Assembly (NCBI GenBank): GCA_013239625.1
Contig: MU054187.1
Location: 3,111,757 to 3,175,756, forward strand
Direction: 5' to 3'
Length of the DNA: 64,000 nt
DNA from: Lama guanicoe
Lineage: Eukaryota
Part shown: in pieces, positions 1 through 11,650 of the stretch
Numbering within the stretch: the stretch's first letter is position 1
How the letters are laid out: every line of letters starts with the position of its first letter
The notes under the pieces: generated by a model
What the model was told of the DNA's origin: nothing
What the model saw: only the letters and a program-made list of their open reading frames with translations
The model's database searches: none
Position numbers and translations under genes: made by a program

Positions 1-374
1 GCAGAAACAAGTGTTTGTAATGTTTTAATGACAGTTAAACAGGTTAAACATAAGGTAACAAACTAAGACAAACTAAGTATTGTAAACAGTTGCTCTAAGC
101 TGTACCAGTATTGAACCCTAGTTAACAGTAAACCAGCTGAATGTAACTAAAACACCCTTCTAGTTTACCTTAACTAGCACTGAGGCACTGCTACTGACCC
201 GAGTGAATGTTCCCTCTCAGAAGATCATCGTAGATTCTCTTCAGAGAGTTTGTTGTTTCTGTCATTTGCGTTTTTTTTTAAAGGGTAGATATTGGCCCCG
301 ACACAGATAATGACACAAATGAGAATCTAAAAGCGTATCACATGAATGAGGTTGACGGTCTATCTCCTACCTGA

Positions 375-485
375 GAGTCAGGGAGAAATCAAGACCAGTG
401 CTTTCCCTGTCTCCTCCGTGTCCATCCGCAGCCCCTAGGCCAGCGCCGGCGGATCAGAGGCGCTCACACACATTGTGGCTGCGGC
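375..485 (+). mobile_element. L2 LINE 3' end fragment (highly diverged)
   Basis: Layout resembles the L2 terminus (CAGGGA...tccgtgtccatccgcagcccctagg...gaggcgctcacacacattgtggctg); recognised by eye. Confidence 0.45.
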
Positions 486-730
486 TGAGCTGAGAAGACG
501 GCGCCCCGGAACACGGTCACATCCCTGGGATGTTTCTGTGCTAACAGTCGGTGTGGTGACAGGGCTCATGCTGGAGTAACGCAAACTCAGTTTACCCCGG
601 ACAGTAAGGAGAGAGCTATGTTACGGCTATACATCTCTGTCCTTTCTGGACTCTAGGGTAATTTAAAATATGTCCTTTTCCTCATAACATTTCTGGGAAA
701 GTTGAGGCGTGGAGGATTTTTACAACTCAC

Positions 731-1075
731 CAGCTGCTTTGCAGCGGGCAGCCCCCTCCTCCCTCCAGTTTCACCCCTCCCTCTGCCTGTAGGAGAGCTT
801 GCCAGAGAGACAGACAGGCAGGCAGACATGGGGGAGCTTGGTAATCATGAGAGAGAAGGAAAGAGCCTTTAGATCTGATTCTGGAATTTTCCAGTGTTCT
901 GTGAAGTGAGGGGTGACTGCATGGCCCAGTGGCCCAGTGGAAAGCCAACATTCCGGCGGCTCTGGAGAGGCCCTGAAATCGGCCGTTGGGCTTGTCCGGC
1001 CTCTTGCTGCTTCCACAGTCAGACATTTATAGGAAGAGACTGTTTCTAATCAATACCTTAGTGTCCAAATAGGGC
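731..1075 (-). promoter_or_regulatory. Candidate alternative promoter and first exon of a minus-strand transcript
   Basis: Consensus donor CTG|GTGAGT at 731/730; TATA-like CCTATAAATG (1024-1033, minus); near-CArG CCAAATAGGG (1065-1074); CATTCC (949-954); GGAATTTTCC (883-892). Confidence 0.4.
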
Positions 1076-1837
1076 CTCTCTCTACGTTGTTTGGGAAATG
1101 TGTTATCAAATCAGACAGCCTCTTAATATTACAAAGGAGCACCATTCTTCTAGACATAATTTCTTTATTTACAAAATGGCAGCTTCGACATTAGTTTTGC
1201 TTCTTGTTACCTGCTTTAAGGCATGGTCCTGCTCAAGAATGCTCTCATTTAGGCAAACAGTGTGAAGAGGGAGACACGGCGCCAGCAGCCATTCAGATTC
1301 TAATAAGGACGTAACCCTAACAAGGGAATTGACTCCGAATTTGAAGGGTACTCGATAGCTTGGACTTGCCTCTTAAAAGTTAGCAAATCTGTAATCAGCC
1401 AGGGGCATAAGGGACACAAAGTTTGATATTCATTAAACCAACTGGCTCCAGGGCTTGGCGTGAAATGATTTATAGAACCTGAGTGGCATGGCTACCGCGG
1501 AGGAGGGAGAGTTGCCTTAGGAGGTTTATAGGAAAGGGCTACGTGGTGCACTTTCTAGACGGGAGGACCCTCGCCAAGGGGCCCGTTCCCAGACTGTGAC
1601 TTCACCCTCGGTGCCGTCCGGATGATTCCGTAGCAACAATGAGCATTTCAAGATTCACCAGTGACGCGGTCTTTTTGTTTCTCAAGTACGTTACGTTCAT
1701 GGCTCGGCATTTTACTTACCAGGAAGGCTCTTTAAGCAGCATTTCCAATGTTTTGACATCATAGCCCACCTGGAAATGACCAGCATTATGGCTGGGGGCC
1801 AGGAGCCTGGGCTCTCTTGCAGCTCCAAAGCCTCATC

Positions 1838-2349
1838 TGTTACAAAGTCCAAGTTCTTACTGCTCACTGCATGACAGGCCAAGAAATGGAGAGATGAACT
1901 GTTAGGGAAAGGAGTAGTGATTTTATTTGGAAAGCCAGTGAATGAGAAGATGGTGGCTAGTGTCTCAAGAGAACCATCTTCCCTGACTTAGAATTCAAGC
2001 TTCTTTTATAATAAGAGGGGAGGGCATGTGGCTGGTTGTTGCAAACTTCTTGGTGCTGGAATTCTTTCTCCTTTCTCCTAGGTAGGTCTGCTCACAATGT
2101 TCCTACAAACCTCCAATAAGACAGATGTTATTTTCTGTTCTGCAAGTTTTCATCTCTATATAAATGGGAAAGTGTTATAACTTTAAAGGTCAGAGCCTTG
2201 AGAATGGGCTACCCTGTATGTTTTAGGCTCTAGGCAACATTCTTTTCAAAAGGTGCAGAGCCAGCGTGACTCAGCCCAGGAAACAGAGCCCGGGGTTAGA
2301 GCCAAAGGAGCAGATCAATATAGAGTCAGGTTTGTTCTTCTCTGCTACA
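1838..2349 (-). mobile_element. Solo ERV1-class LTR (MER41/MER4-group-like)
   Basis: Termini TGTTAC...GCTACA, 512 bp; on the minus strand TATAAAAG (~2002-2009) followed by AATAAA (~1923-1928); 4-bp flanks CATC/TGTC. Confidence 0.75.
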
Positions 2350-3229
2350 TGTCCAGGGATCTCAACACACTTGTAATCCCTTCAAGGTATAAGTGCCTCC
2401 ATTTGGGTAAGATTTAATTCTGCGCTCTCAGCAAAGGACAGACCAAAATGTATCATCACTGAAGATGAAGATTTAAAAAAAGAAATGAGGCCATTTCTGA
2501 ACTCAAATGCAAACCCTCCTTTTTAAAAAGCCAGCCAGAGCAACCATTAGAGATAGCAATTTCCAGGATCACTGCAGAGTCTGCAGAGTGGCTGTGCCCA
2601 CTCGCCCACTCGGACCTTCAGGGAGAGCCTCTGAATCCAGCCCCAGCTGGGCGGATTCCCGAGGTTGCGGGCATTTGAGATGACAGATGAGACCACTTCA
2701 CTGGGGGCTTGTTCCATGTGTAGCTTAGCAAAATGTGGGGCAAGAAGCTTGGCGTAGAATAGCTACCAGGGTGTTTGATAAAATGACAAGCATGTAGAGT
2801 GCAGGTCACAGCTGACACCAACTGTGACATTGTCTGTAATAGCAAAGCAGACATGAAGCCTGCCAGCCATTGCCCTTGCTTCCAAAATCTGTGACTTGGC
2901 TTTGGACTCATACCACGCAGTCCTCCCCTTCCCTGCCTCCCTCGCCACCCAAATTGCACCCTAGCCCACCTTGTGCCTGCAGCCCTGGGAGCTCATGGGT
3001 GGAAGCTGGCAACAGTGCACCTCATTACGTTCAGGGCAGCTGTGAGCCGCCTTTTCTGCCTCTTCAAACTGATGATGACAGTTCCTGGAGGGGGTGGTTA
3101 GAGTGTATATGAGGTGACTCCATCTCAGACCCACTGGATGAAATTGATGGGATAATCTTGCTAAGCTGTGTAGTTCTTAAGTTTCCATGTTATTCTTTTG
3201 GGGAAGTTTGGGGAAGATGGCAGCTGGAG

Positions 3230-3394
3230 CAGTGATTCTCAACCTTGGCTGAAGATGGAACACCTGGGGAAGCAGAAAAGTCTGGGCCACACCCATACTA
3301 GTTAACTCACAGTCTTCCAGTGAGGGACGCAGGCATTGGTGTCTTTCAAACTCCCCAGGTAACTCAAACGTGTAGCCGAGACTGAGAAGCACTG
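3230..3394. mobile_element. MER5A-like hAT-Charlie non-autonomous DNA transposon
   Basis: Terminal inverted repeats CAGTGATTCTCA...TGAGAAGCACTG; internal ctccccaggtaactc motif; 8-bp flanks AGCTGGAG/TGCTGGAA (6/8). Confidence 0.8.
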
Positions 3395-5159
3395 TGCTGG
3401 AAGGAAGGACTCAGGGGAGTTTCCAGCAGTCAGGAAAACCCAAGTCCCAGCAAGCACGCCTTTGGCATCTGTGTACAGAGAATGTCACTAGGCATAGGGA
3501 CTGCGAAGATGCCTGGCCTTATTTTAAGTGACAGCAAGATCCCTGCCTTTCTGGAACATTTGATTTGCTGGAAGTGATGTGTAGACACAACGAATTCCGT
3601 TCTTGAGCAACAAATCACAAAGTGAAGTGAAGTGGCATTAAAAGCTGAATAATATTTATCTGAGGGCACAGGGAGCAGGGAAAGAATAGAATTTGGAGTG
3701 AGGTAAAAAGGGGACGATTCCCGGAAAGTAGATTTTGAGCTGGAATCTTGCGTGTGCGCCCTCTCGTCCCGGGGGCACCTCATACAAATGTAGACGAGCA
3801 TATTTCTATGCTTAGTTTCTAGTGGTAACAGAGATGGCACAGTGGAGGACAGCAAGAAGGCATCAGTGATACATCTTGCTGTTTTCAAAGGTAAATAAAC
3901 AAACTGAGAACTTTCCACAGGGCGGCCTTGGGGATGGGGGAAGGCTGGTCAGGCCCACCCGGGGGCCGCGTTAGGTGCTCGTTTGGAGCACGTGTGTTGG
4001 GTGTCACCGCTCTCCTGACTGCCACCCTAACTAGCTGTGAAGGCCGCTGTCTAGAGGCTCTCCTGAGCGCTCTGATTAATGCCAGCACGGCTGGAGAAGT
4101 GAAGAACATGCATTTCATTCTATACTTTCTTGCATTTCCTAAAACAGAAACAGCAAAAAAAAAAAAATTCTTATTTTGAGTAAAGGAGATGACAATTAGC
4201 CAGCCTCTTACGTTTCTTACGTTTCTTTCTTTTCTTTTTTTAAGGAGCGCAAAGCTTTCCTGCCTAGTTGATCGCATTTCAGAATTTTCACACACACTTG
4301 CACCTTCAGGTGTTTTATTTTGTTTTAAACTTGGATGGTTGGTTAGACATGCACTTGTGGTTATAAAATCAGACTCAAATTCAGAAGCGGGGAATGTTCC
4401 TTCTATTCTACTTTTGTGCTGAAAGGCTCAATAAAGACAGGTGGAATAAACGAACCAATGTGCTTAGGATGTCAGCAAAGTGGAAACAGCAAATTCAGAA
4501 AAAAGAAGTGTGGGGGTACCTCCTTGGGGACTACTGGACCAAGAATGTGTCCTCCAACTTCTTTTGAAAAATTGTTAGTAAAGAGTTTGACCAAGAGAAG
4601 TCAATGCTGTTTTATTTCCATTCTTTTGCAAAACAGTATATTCAATAATTGTAAGGAAGGGGTACCTCCACAAGAAAATGTCTGTATTTGATGAAAAGAG
4701 CAGGTGCCAGATTAAGTGACTGGTCTCTGGAGCATCTCACGATGAGGACTTCATGTGACACATCTTCTGATGACACATAAACAGAGCGAATGAAGGCCGT
4801 GAAATTCCCTCCGTCCACAGCACACGGCGACGACTCGGCGGGCTTGTTCCTGTGTGTCTCCTGTGTGTCTGTCGTGAGCCAGAGCTGAGACAAGCCCACC
4901 GCTGTGATGAAGAGACCCAGCCTCTGAAAGAGACGCTGCCGGATGGGCCACAAAGATTGTCACAGGAAAGCTGGCTCAGTCACCTTAGCAGGCATTCGAT
5001 TTTTGATAGTTACGATTTCGTAAAAAAGGTCAATTTCTAATGAAAAACACAATTTTGGAGGCCTTTTTTTGGTTTGTTTTCCATGGTCAGGAGTGAAGAT
5101 TTTGATTGGAAGTGGGGAAAGGAGTTGCATATAATTGTCACAGAAAGAAGGTAAATAGC

Positions 5160-6230
5160 ACGAAAGACGGCAAGGCTGGGCGTGAGAGGCGGCCCGCGGG
5201 AGCCGCCTGCGTAATCGGCAAAAACGCAGCTCTGCCTCCCGTGAGCCTCGCGGCGCTGCAGCTGGAGCACCGGCCCGGCAGACAGACCCACGCTCCTGGG
5301 GCGCCTGCCCCGCGCGGGGCCGGGGCGGGGGGGCGGTGGCGGTGGCCGCTCTTCTCCGAAAGCCTCTAAGCGGGGAGGGGGCCGCAGAGCCCGCAGAGCT
5401 GCGCTTAGCTCGGAGCGGCACCTCCGCGGCGCGGGCGGCGCCGGCTGGCGGCCTCGCGGTCTGCTGGGTGCGGCGTAACACGCAGCGCGCGGGGCCCCCG
5501 CTGGGCCGTTTGCGGGGGGGTCTCCGGACAGACGAGGCCGCCCCCTGACTTGAGCCCGCGCCCCTTCAGGGCGCCCCTCTTGGGGAGTGAGTGTGCGTGT
5601 GCGTGTGCGTGTGTGTCTCTCCCAGCCCTCACCCGGCCCTCCTGCTGCAGGACGGGCCCGGGGCTGCGTGTGCTGCACACCCAGTCCTCGGGACCGCCTG
5701 GGGGGCGCGGCCATTGTCACCCCCGGTTCACAGGCGAGCGAGAGCGGACCGCCCGCTGGGTGTCTGGGGCCGAGGGGCAGTCTGGGCCCAGAGCTCACGC
5801 GCCCCCCCCCCCGTGCGGCCTCCACCTGCCGTGCTCACGCGTCCCTTCCGAGGAAGCTGTGCGGGGAGGCCGGGTGGCGGGCAGGCAGTCCTGGATGCCG
5901 CGTCTGCACGCTTGTCCCCGTGCCTGCGGCCGCGTCCTCGGCAGATGGCTGACGGGGAAGCCGGCTTGCCTGCAGAGAGCCCGAGTGTGGCCCGAAGCCC
6001 CGCCTGTGGCTTTGGGGGTGACCCGCCGGCACCCCCGGTGCATGCCTGGCCGCAGCTGCTGCTGCTGCTCCGCAGGCTGAGGGGCCCCTGCTGCTCGCCC
6101 TTCACCGCACAGCTCAGCTCTCGGGGGGGGGGGCAGGGGGCACCCACAGCCCCAGAGGCGGGGAGCGGCCTGGGCTCCTGCTGGGAAGATGTAAACGGCA
6201 GGGCCAGCGCGGAACCCACGTCTTCCTCCG
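5160..6230. promoter_or_regulatory. CpG island, probable gene promoter
   Basis: About 1 kb of very high GC with dense undepleted CpG; GC-box GGGGCGGGG (~5322-5330); G and C runs; sharp transition to AT-richer flanks. Confidence 0.85.
5591..5616. repeat. Alternating purine-pyrimidine tract (GTGTGC)3(GT)4
   Basis: gtgtgcgtgtgcgtgtgcgtgtgtgt read directly. Confidence 0.9.
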
Positions 6231-8319
6231 CTTTTGTGTGCACATTTCTTTCCCTAGACGTGAGTGTTTGAGCACAGAATCTTCGGTAACACTTGTTTCC
6301 TCGCAGACCTGGTTATGGAAAGATCCAGCCACTTGCCCGAAGGTTGAACAAGGAACTCCTGTCGGAGATCAGGCCAAGAAACACAGAGCTCATCTCTTCG
6401 AGTCTTGTGTCTCCACCTGCTCCGGCTTTTGGTCTGCTCTCGTAGTTGGCGTTTCCTTTGACAAACCTGTCACACATAAGTGTGATCAAGATTAACTAGC
6501 GTGGTGACTGTAAATTATTCTCTGCGACAGTCATAGGCGCTCTCCCGTGTTCTTTAGCTTTTCTTCCGTGAATAAAATGCAAGCTCGTAAGTAATCAGAA
6601 GAAGAGGTAAAACTGGAAATGTCTGAGGGATTCAAGCTTAATTATTAAATTATTAATTGGTCAGAGACAGCTTCATTAGAAGGGCCTAAATATCCAAACG
6701 TCATTCAGAGCATGTCTACATTTATTTATTCTGAAGCTCTAAACATTGCCATTTTGTTATTTGCACATCTCTTTAAAAGAAGAGGGAAACTTGATTGCCC
6801 ATGCCAAAAATTTGATGGCTTGGAAATCAATTAGGTTGTTGCATAGATAAGATTTGGTGTACAACCCCTTGGACAGGTGCCTCCAGGAACGTCCCAGGAT
6901 AGGAAGGCGACACTAACACGTAGGACCCACGTGGGCTCTTCACCATAGTAGGTTACTATGTTCATTTCAGTTTCTAAAATAACTTTTTAAAATAACCAGC
7001 AGTTAGGCAGTTTTATTGGATGACTCCCTGTGGAAGACTGTGGACTCCAGCCTTCTGTCTTTAAAAGGGTTGCACCTCCGTGTCCGTTATATCTCAGTAA
7101 AGCTGGCGGGCTGGAGGGTTTGTGCTTCCTCACCCACTGAGGTCAAGCGGCACCTTTTATAGTTGTGTCTGAGCTATGCCGTCCTGGGTCGGATATTAGC
7201 CTATCGGCTTCAGGTTTAGACACGGAAGGATAGTTCTTTACTGTATTCTCCATTGCCTTGTTGTTTTGGTCTTAAAATCCAAGGCTAGGGTTGACCCTCT
7301 CTATGTAATTCAGCCAGAAGTAAATCTCATAAAAGTAGCATTCTGTAAAGATGACACAGTCCTAGTTTTTCTCTCTTCTGAGTAATAGACGTTTGATCAA
7401 ATTGTATGGTGGTGTTCACCCTGTTCTTATGTCAGTTTATAGCCATAGCTGAAGCAGGTCGCATATTAAAGAATACTGAAAACTGAAATACAGTTGGCTG
7501 ATAATGATTGCACACAGTAGGACAAGAATAATTTATTATTGATTATACATTAGGTATAAACACACATACAGAACAGTAAGGAACACCCAGTACAGTATGG
7601 GTAAAAAATGTACAGTTCTTTTTTAGTAGTAATTGATAAAAGCTTTTTTTTCAAGTTTTGCTGATTCTTTTCTCAGTGCTTGCTCCCAAAGTCTGAGCTG
7701 AGCTCTACCATTTTCTCACACCACAGCCTTTGTTACTATTAGGGGATGGTTCTGTGTCTTTGCATCTTTGGGTCGTCACTGTCCGTTGACTCCTACTGAG
7801 AGGCGCTGTTTTTTGCATCGCTCCACGTAGTGTGGGCTGCCTGGCTGGCGTGCACGCTGGAGAGCATGAGCTGCTTGCTTGGCCGTGCAGCTCTCACTGG
7901 CCAAAGTCCTCTTCAAGTGCCGTGTCAGCCCCGTGTGTCCTTTGACGTACTGTCTGTCTTTTGTGACTTTGTGCATTCTACACAAATGTGGCAACGAAGG
8001 GGCATTTTAAGCACACTTTGGTGGGGTCATTTGCTGGTAGAGGTCCAAACTGACTACAGTTGACCTATCCCTTCAGCTCCTACCTTCCATCAATAGTGAA
8101 ATCAGACCATGAGAGGACTTCCTGCACAACAGGGTCAGACATCTTCCCTGCCAGGGGGTCTTCTGTGTGGCATCTACCGCTACACATTTGTTTGCCGAGT
8201 CTGGAAACAGAGCTGTCAATATAAGAGCAGCTCAGACAAAGAAAAATAGAAAATTAAGTAACCAAAGTACAACTCAGCACGTATTTTAAAAGGGTTTGGT
8301 TTGCTGATTGTGAGTAAAA

Positions 8320-8550
8320 GTGATAGACTGTGAACATGTTGAGGACAATATTGTTTCTAAGGGCATCCAAGGCAGTGATGTTCATAATTTTCACCATGTG
8401 TAACACGGTACCTGGACCTTAAAGGGACTTAATAGATGCTCACTTAGTGGAATATTTTATTTATGTTGCCTACATTATACTCGGCTCAATACCTTGACTA
8501 CAGTGAATACTTGATACAAGTTGATGAAGAATAAATAATGAATGAAAAGA
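8320..8550 (+). mobile_element. L2 3' end fragments
   Basis: ggcagtgatgttcataattttcaccatgtgtaacacggtacctggac...aatagatgctca and aataaataatgaatgaa resemble the L2 terminus. Confidence 0.45.
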
Positions 8551-9379
8551 TTAACTCGTCCTAAAGGCCCAGCTGTTACTGATCGTTTTCACACAAACAC
8601 ATAGATGTTGGCAAAAATATATCGAGGTGTGATGGTGTTTTAAAATAAAAATAGTACCGTTTAGGCAAGTCCCTCAATCTCGCTGAGGTTTTGCTTCCCT
8701 GCCCTGGCCGTGGTAATCTGTGGTGTAATTCTCAGTTCAGGGAGTGGAGTGGGCAGGGCTGCACTGACCCTGAAGTTTCCTTCTCCTCCAGGGGGAGGAG
8801 TAAGGGGAAGAAAAGCTGCCCCCCCATTTCTATTTGTAAAGGAGGCTCCCGCTTGCATCTGGGGCTAGTAGCAAAACAAACCAAAACATCATTTATTGAG
8901 CAAGTTACCTCTCTTGATGTCAGAGAATTCTGATTTATGAAATGCACATATTTTAGAGCTGTGCACAAAAGAAAACTATTCCTCAAGGCTACGTGTCTTT
9001 AGCAAAATAGGATAGTAAATTCTGATTCTACTGTCAGTTAATATTTCCTGTATTGTGAATTCTAACATCTTTATCATATGCCTCTTAAACTGATTTGAGT
9101 TTAGCGTATACTATAAAAACACTTCCTAAAGCCCAGGCCAAATTTATTTGCTTTGCTCTTACTCTTCATCCAACTGGAGAGGAATATCCCATCAGCACAG
9201 GATAGACAAGAACTCCTCATGCATCTCCTACATTCGGGGACCCCCTTAGGGCTCACTGTTGAGGTCAGAACTTACCCAAACGCCAAGACTGTATAATTTA
9301 ATCTGGCCGAACAAAGTTACTGAGTGCAGGTAGCATAGTAAGTCTTTTTCTGGATTAAACAAGTAAGATTTACTTCACT

Positions 9380-11650
9380 CCAAAGAATTAAAAATTAATT
9401 TTTCCCCAAAGAATAGAAAAAGGAACACCTCCTAATTTATATTATGATATGAAAACTGAAAAAGATCAGTATAAAAAATAAAAACTATTGAACAATCGCC
9501 TTTGTGGATACAGATGTAAAATTACTAAAAATACTAGCAAACTGAATCCAGCCATGATCAATTTGGATTAATATTAAGAATGCAAGAATAGTTTACCATT
9601 AAAAAATTTACAAATATAACTCACCATAATAACAAACAAAAAGTTTAAAAACTACATCTTACTAGGTATAGAAAAATGATACCACCCAACACCTTATCAT
9701 AGTTTTAAAAATAAGCCCTTAGAAACTAGGACAAGAATATACTTCCTTAAATTGATAAAGGCTATCTACCCAAAACCTGTAACAATCACTACTCTTTGTA
9801 GTGAGCCATTAGAAGTATTTCCTCTAAAATCAAGAGCAAGAAGACAAAAGTGCTCACTAATGCTCACTTTATTCAGAACTGATTTTGAGGTATTCACTAA
9901 TACAATAAAAATAATTTCAAGAAAATAATTCAAGAAAAATAATTAGGAGGATTGAAAAGGAAAAAAACCATAGTGTTTTCCTGTAAATGGCACAACTGTC
10001 TACACTGAAAACTATTCTCCTCTTATCCCCCCCAAAACACCATTTACAGTAGAATCTAAAATACTAAAGAAAAATACATATAACAAAAAAATCAAGACCT
10101 TCATGGAAAAATTTTATAAGTTGTTGGAAATTTTTAAAGGGAGAACAAAGTAAGTATAGATATATACCATATTCATGGATAGGAAGCTTAAAAATCACAC
10201 ATTATCAATGCTCTGATATTGATCTGTACAGATTGATTAAGGAAAGTCAAATCTAAATCCATCAAGTACTTTCACAGGAACTTGGCAAAGTGATTCTAAA
10301 ATGCACATGGAATGGGAAAGCATAGCCAAAACTCTCCTGATGAAGTACCTGATAGCAAGACTTACAATAAAGCTGTTGTAATCAAGAAAGTGTATGGTGT
10401 TGGTGCAGGGACAGACAGACAGACTACAGAATGGAACTGAGAGCCCAGAACAAGACCTACATATTTGTGGTCACTTGATTATGATACAGATGGCATTGTA
10501 AACAACCGGAGAGAACTAACTGTTCAATAAATGGTGCTGAGTCATTTATTAATATGGAAAAGTTGAAATTGGATCCTACATAATAGCATAGAAAAATAAA
10601 TAAATTCCCCATGGGCTAAAAGCCTAAATATTTAAGACAAAGATTTTAATGGTCTGTAGGGGAATATCTCTATGAACCCAGGGTAGGGAAATATTTTTTT
10701 AAACAATGCAATAAAAAGCATTATCTGTAAAAAGACTGATGAGTTTTAAACAAAACAATAAAAACCATAAAAGGTTAATGAGTCAACAACATTAAAATTA
10801 GAAATTTCTGTTAATAAAATTACTATAAAGATAATGGAAGAACAAGCCTTGATACGGAATAAGATATTTTTTCTCACATAAAACAATAAAGGATTAGAAT
10901 TACAAATAAATACCTTTCACAAAAAAAGTTCAGAAGAACTATGCAAAAAGACACGAATAATCCTTTCACAGGAAAGGTAAGTTAATGACTAGTAAACATA
11001 TGAAAATATGCTAAGCTATATTTGCAGCTTGAGAAATCCAAATTAAAACTGCAACATCATCCCATTTTACATTATAGATTGACAAAAAGTTAGAATTCTG
11101 GTAATACCAAGTATTGGAGGAGATTTGAAACTATAAGATCTGCTCACATACTGCCAGTGGGAGTGTAAATTGGTATCACCATATCAGAAAATCATTTGGT
11201 ATTATTTCATAAAATTGAGTATGTGAATACTCTTTGACCTAGCCACTCCTTTCCTGAGTCTCTAACACAGAAATACCCTTGCATTTTTGTGGTATAGTCA
11301 AATGATGGAATATTACTCAGCAATAAAAAATGAGTCATCTGTAACTGTAAACAAATGAATTGTAGACACAAGCCAATTGCAGAAGTCTTCATAAGTATGA
11401 TACTGTTTGTTCATAGAGATGAAAGGGATACAGGGCAAAACCAAGTAGATTAGAAGATAGATAGATGGTAGATAGATAGATAGATACATAATTAGATAGA
11501 TAGATGTGTAAATAGATAGCTACGTAGCATAGCCTCAGAAGACTGTCTGCAAAGACAATGAAATCACAAACACAAACCTTGGGACAGTGCTTACCTCTGG
11601 CTGGGGGCGAAGTCATGGGGTCCGTGATGAACACACAAGAAGGCTTTGTT
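9380..11650 (+). mobile_element. Old 5'-truncated L1 LINE (L1M class): decayed ORF2 plus 3' UTR
   Basis: A-rich; L1 ORF2 hallmarks aaaatactagcaaactgaatccag (~9529), atataccatattcatggataggaag (~10162), actgagagcccagaa, tgttcaataaatggtgctg, gggagtgtaaattggta; many stops and frameshifts. Confidence 0.9.
11446..11519 (+). repeat. Imperfect (GATA)n microsatellite in the L1 3' region
   Basis: tagatagatagatagatac... read directly. Confidence 0.85.

Noticed and set aside
4960..6271. Overlapping 120-260 aa ORFs in the CpG island
   Set aside because: Arg/Gly/Pro/Ala-rich ORFs in several frames on both strands are expected from high GC; no recognisable domain.
1..6300. Assigning a gene symbol to the promoter
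   Set aside because: No coding exon or UTR that I can reliably recognise; requires alignment to an annotated genome.
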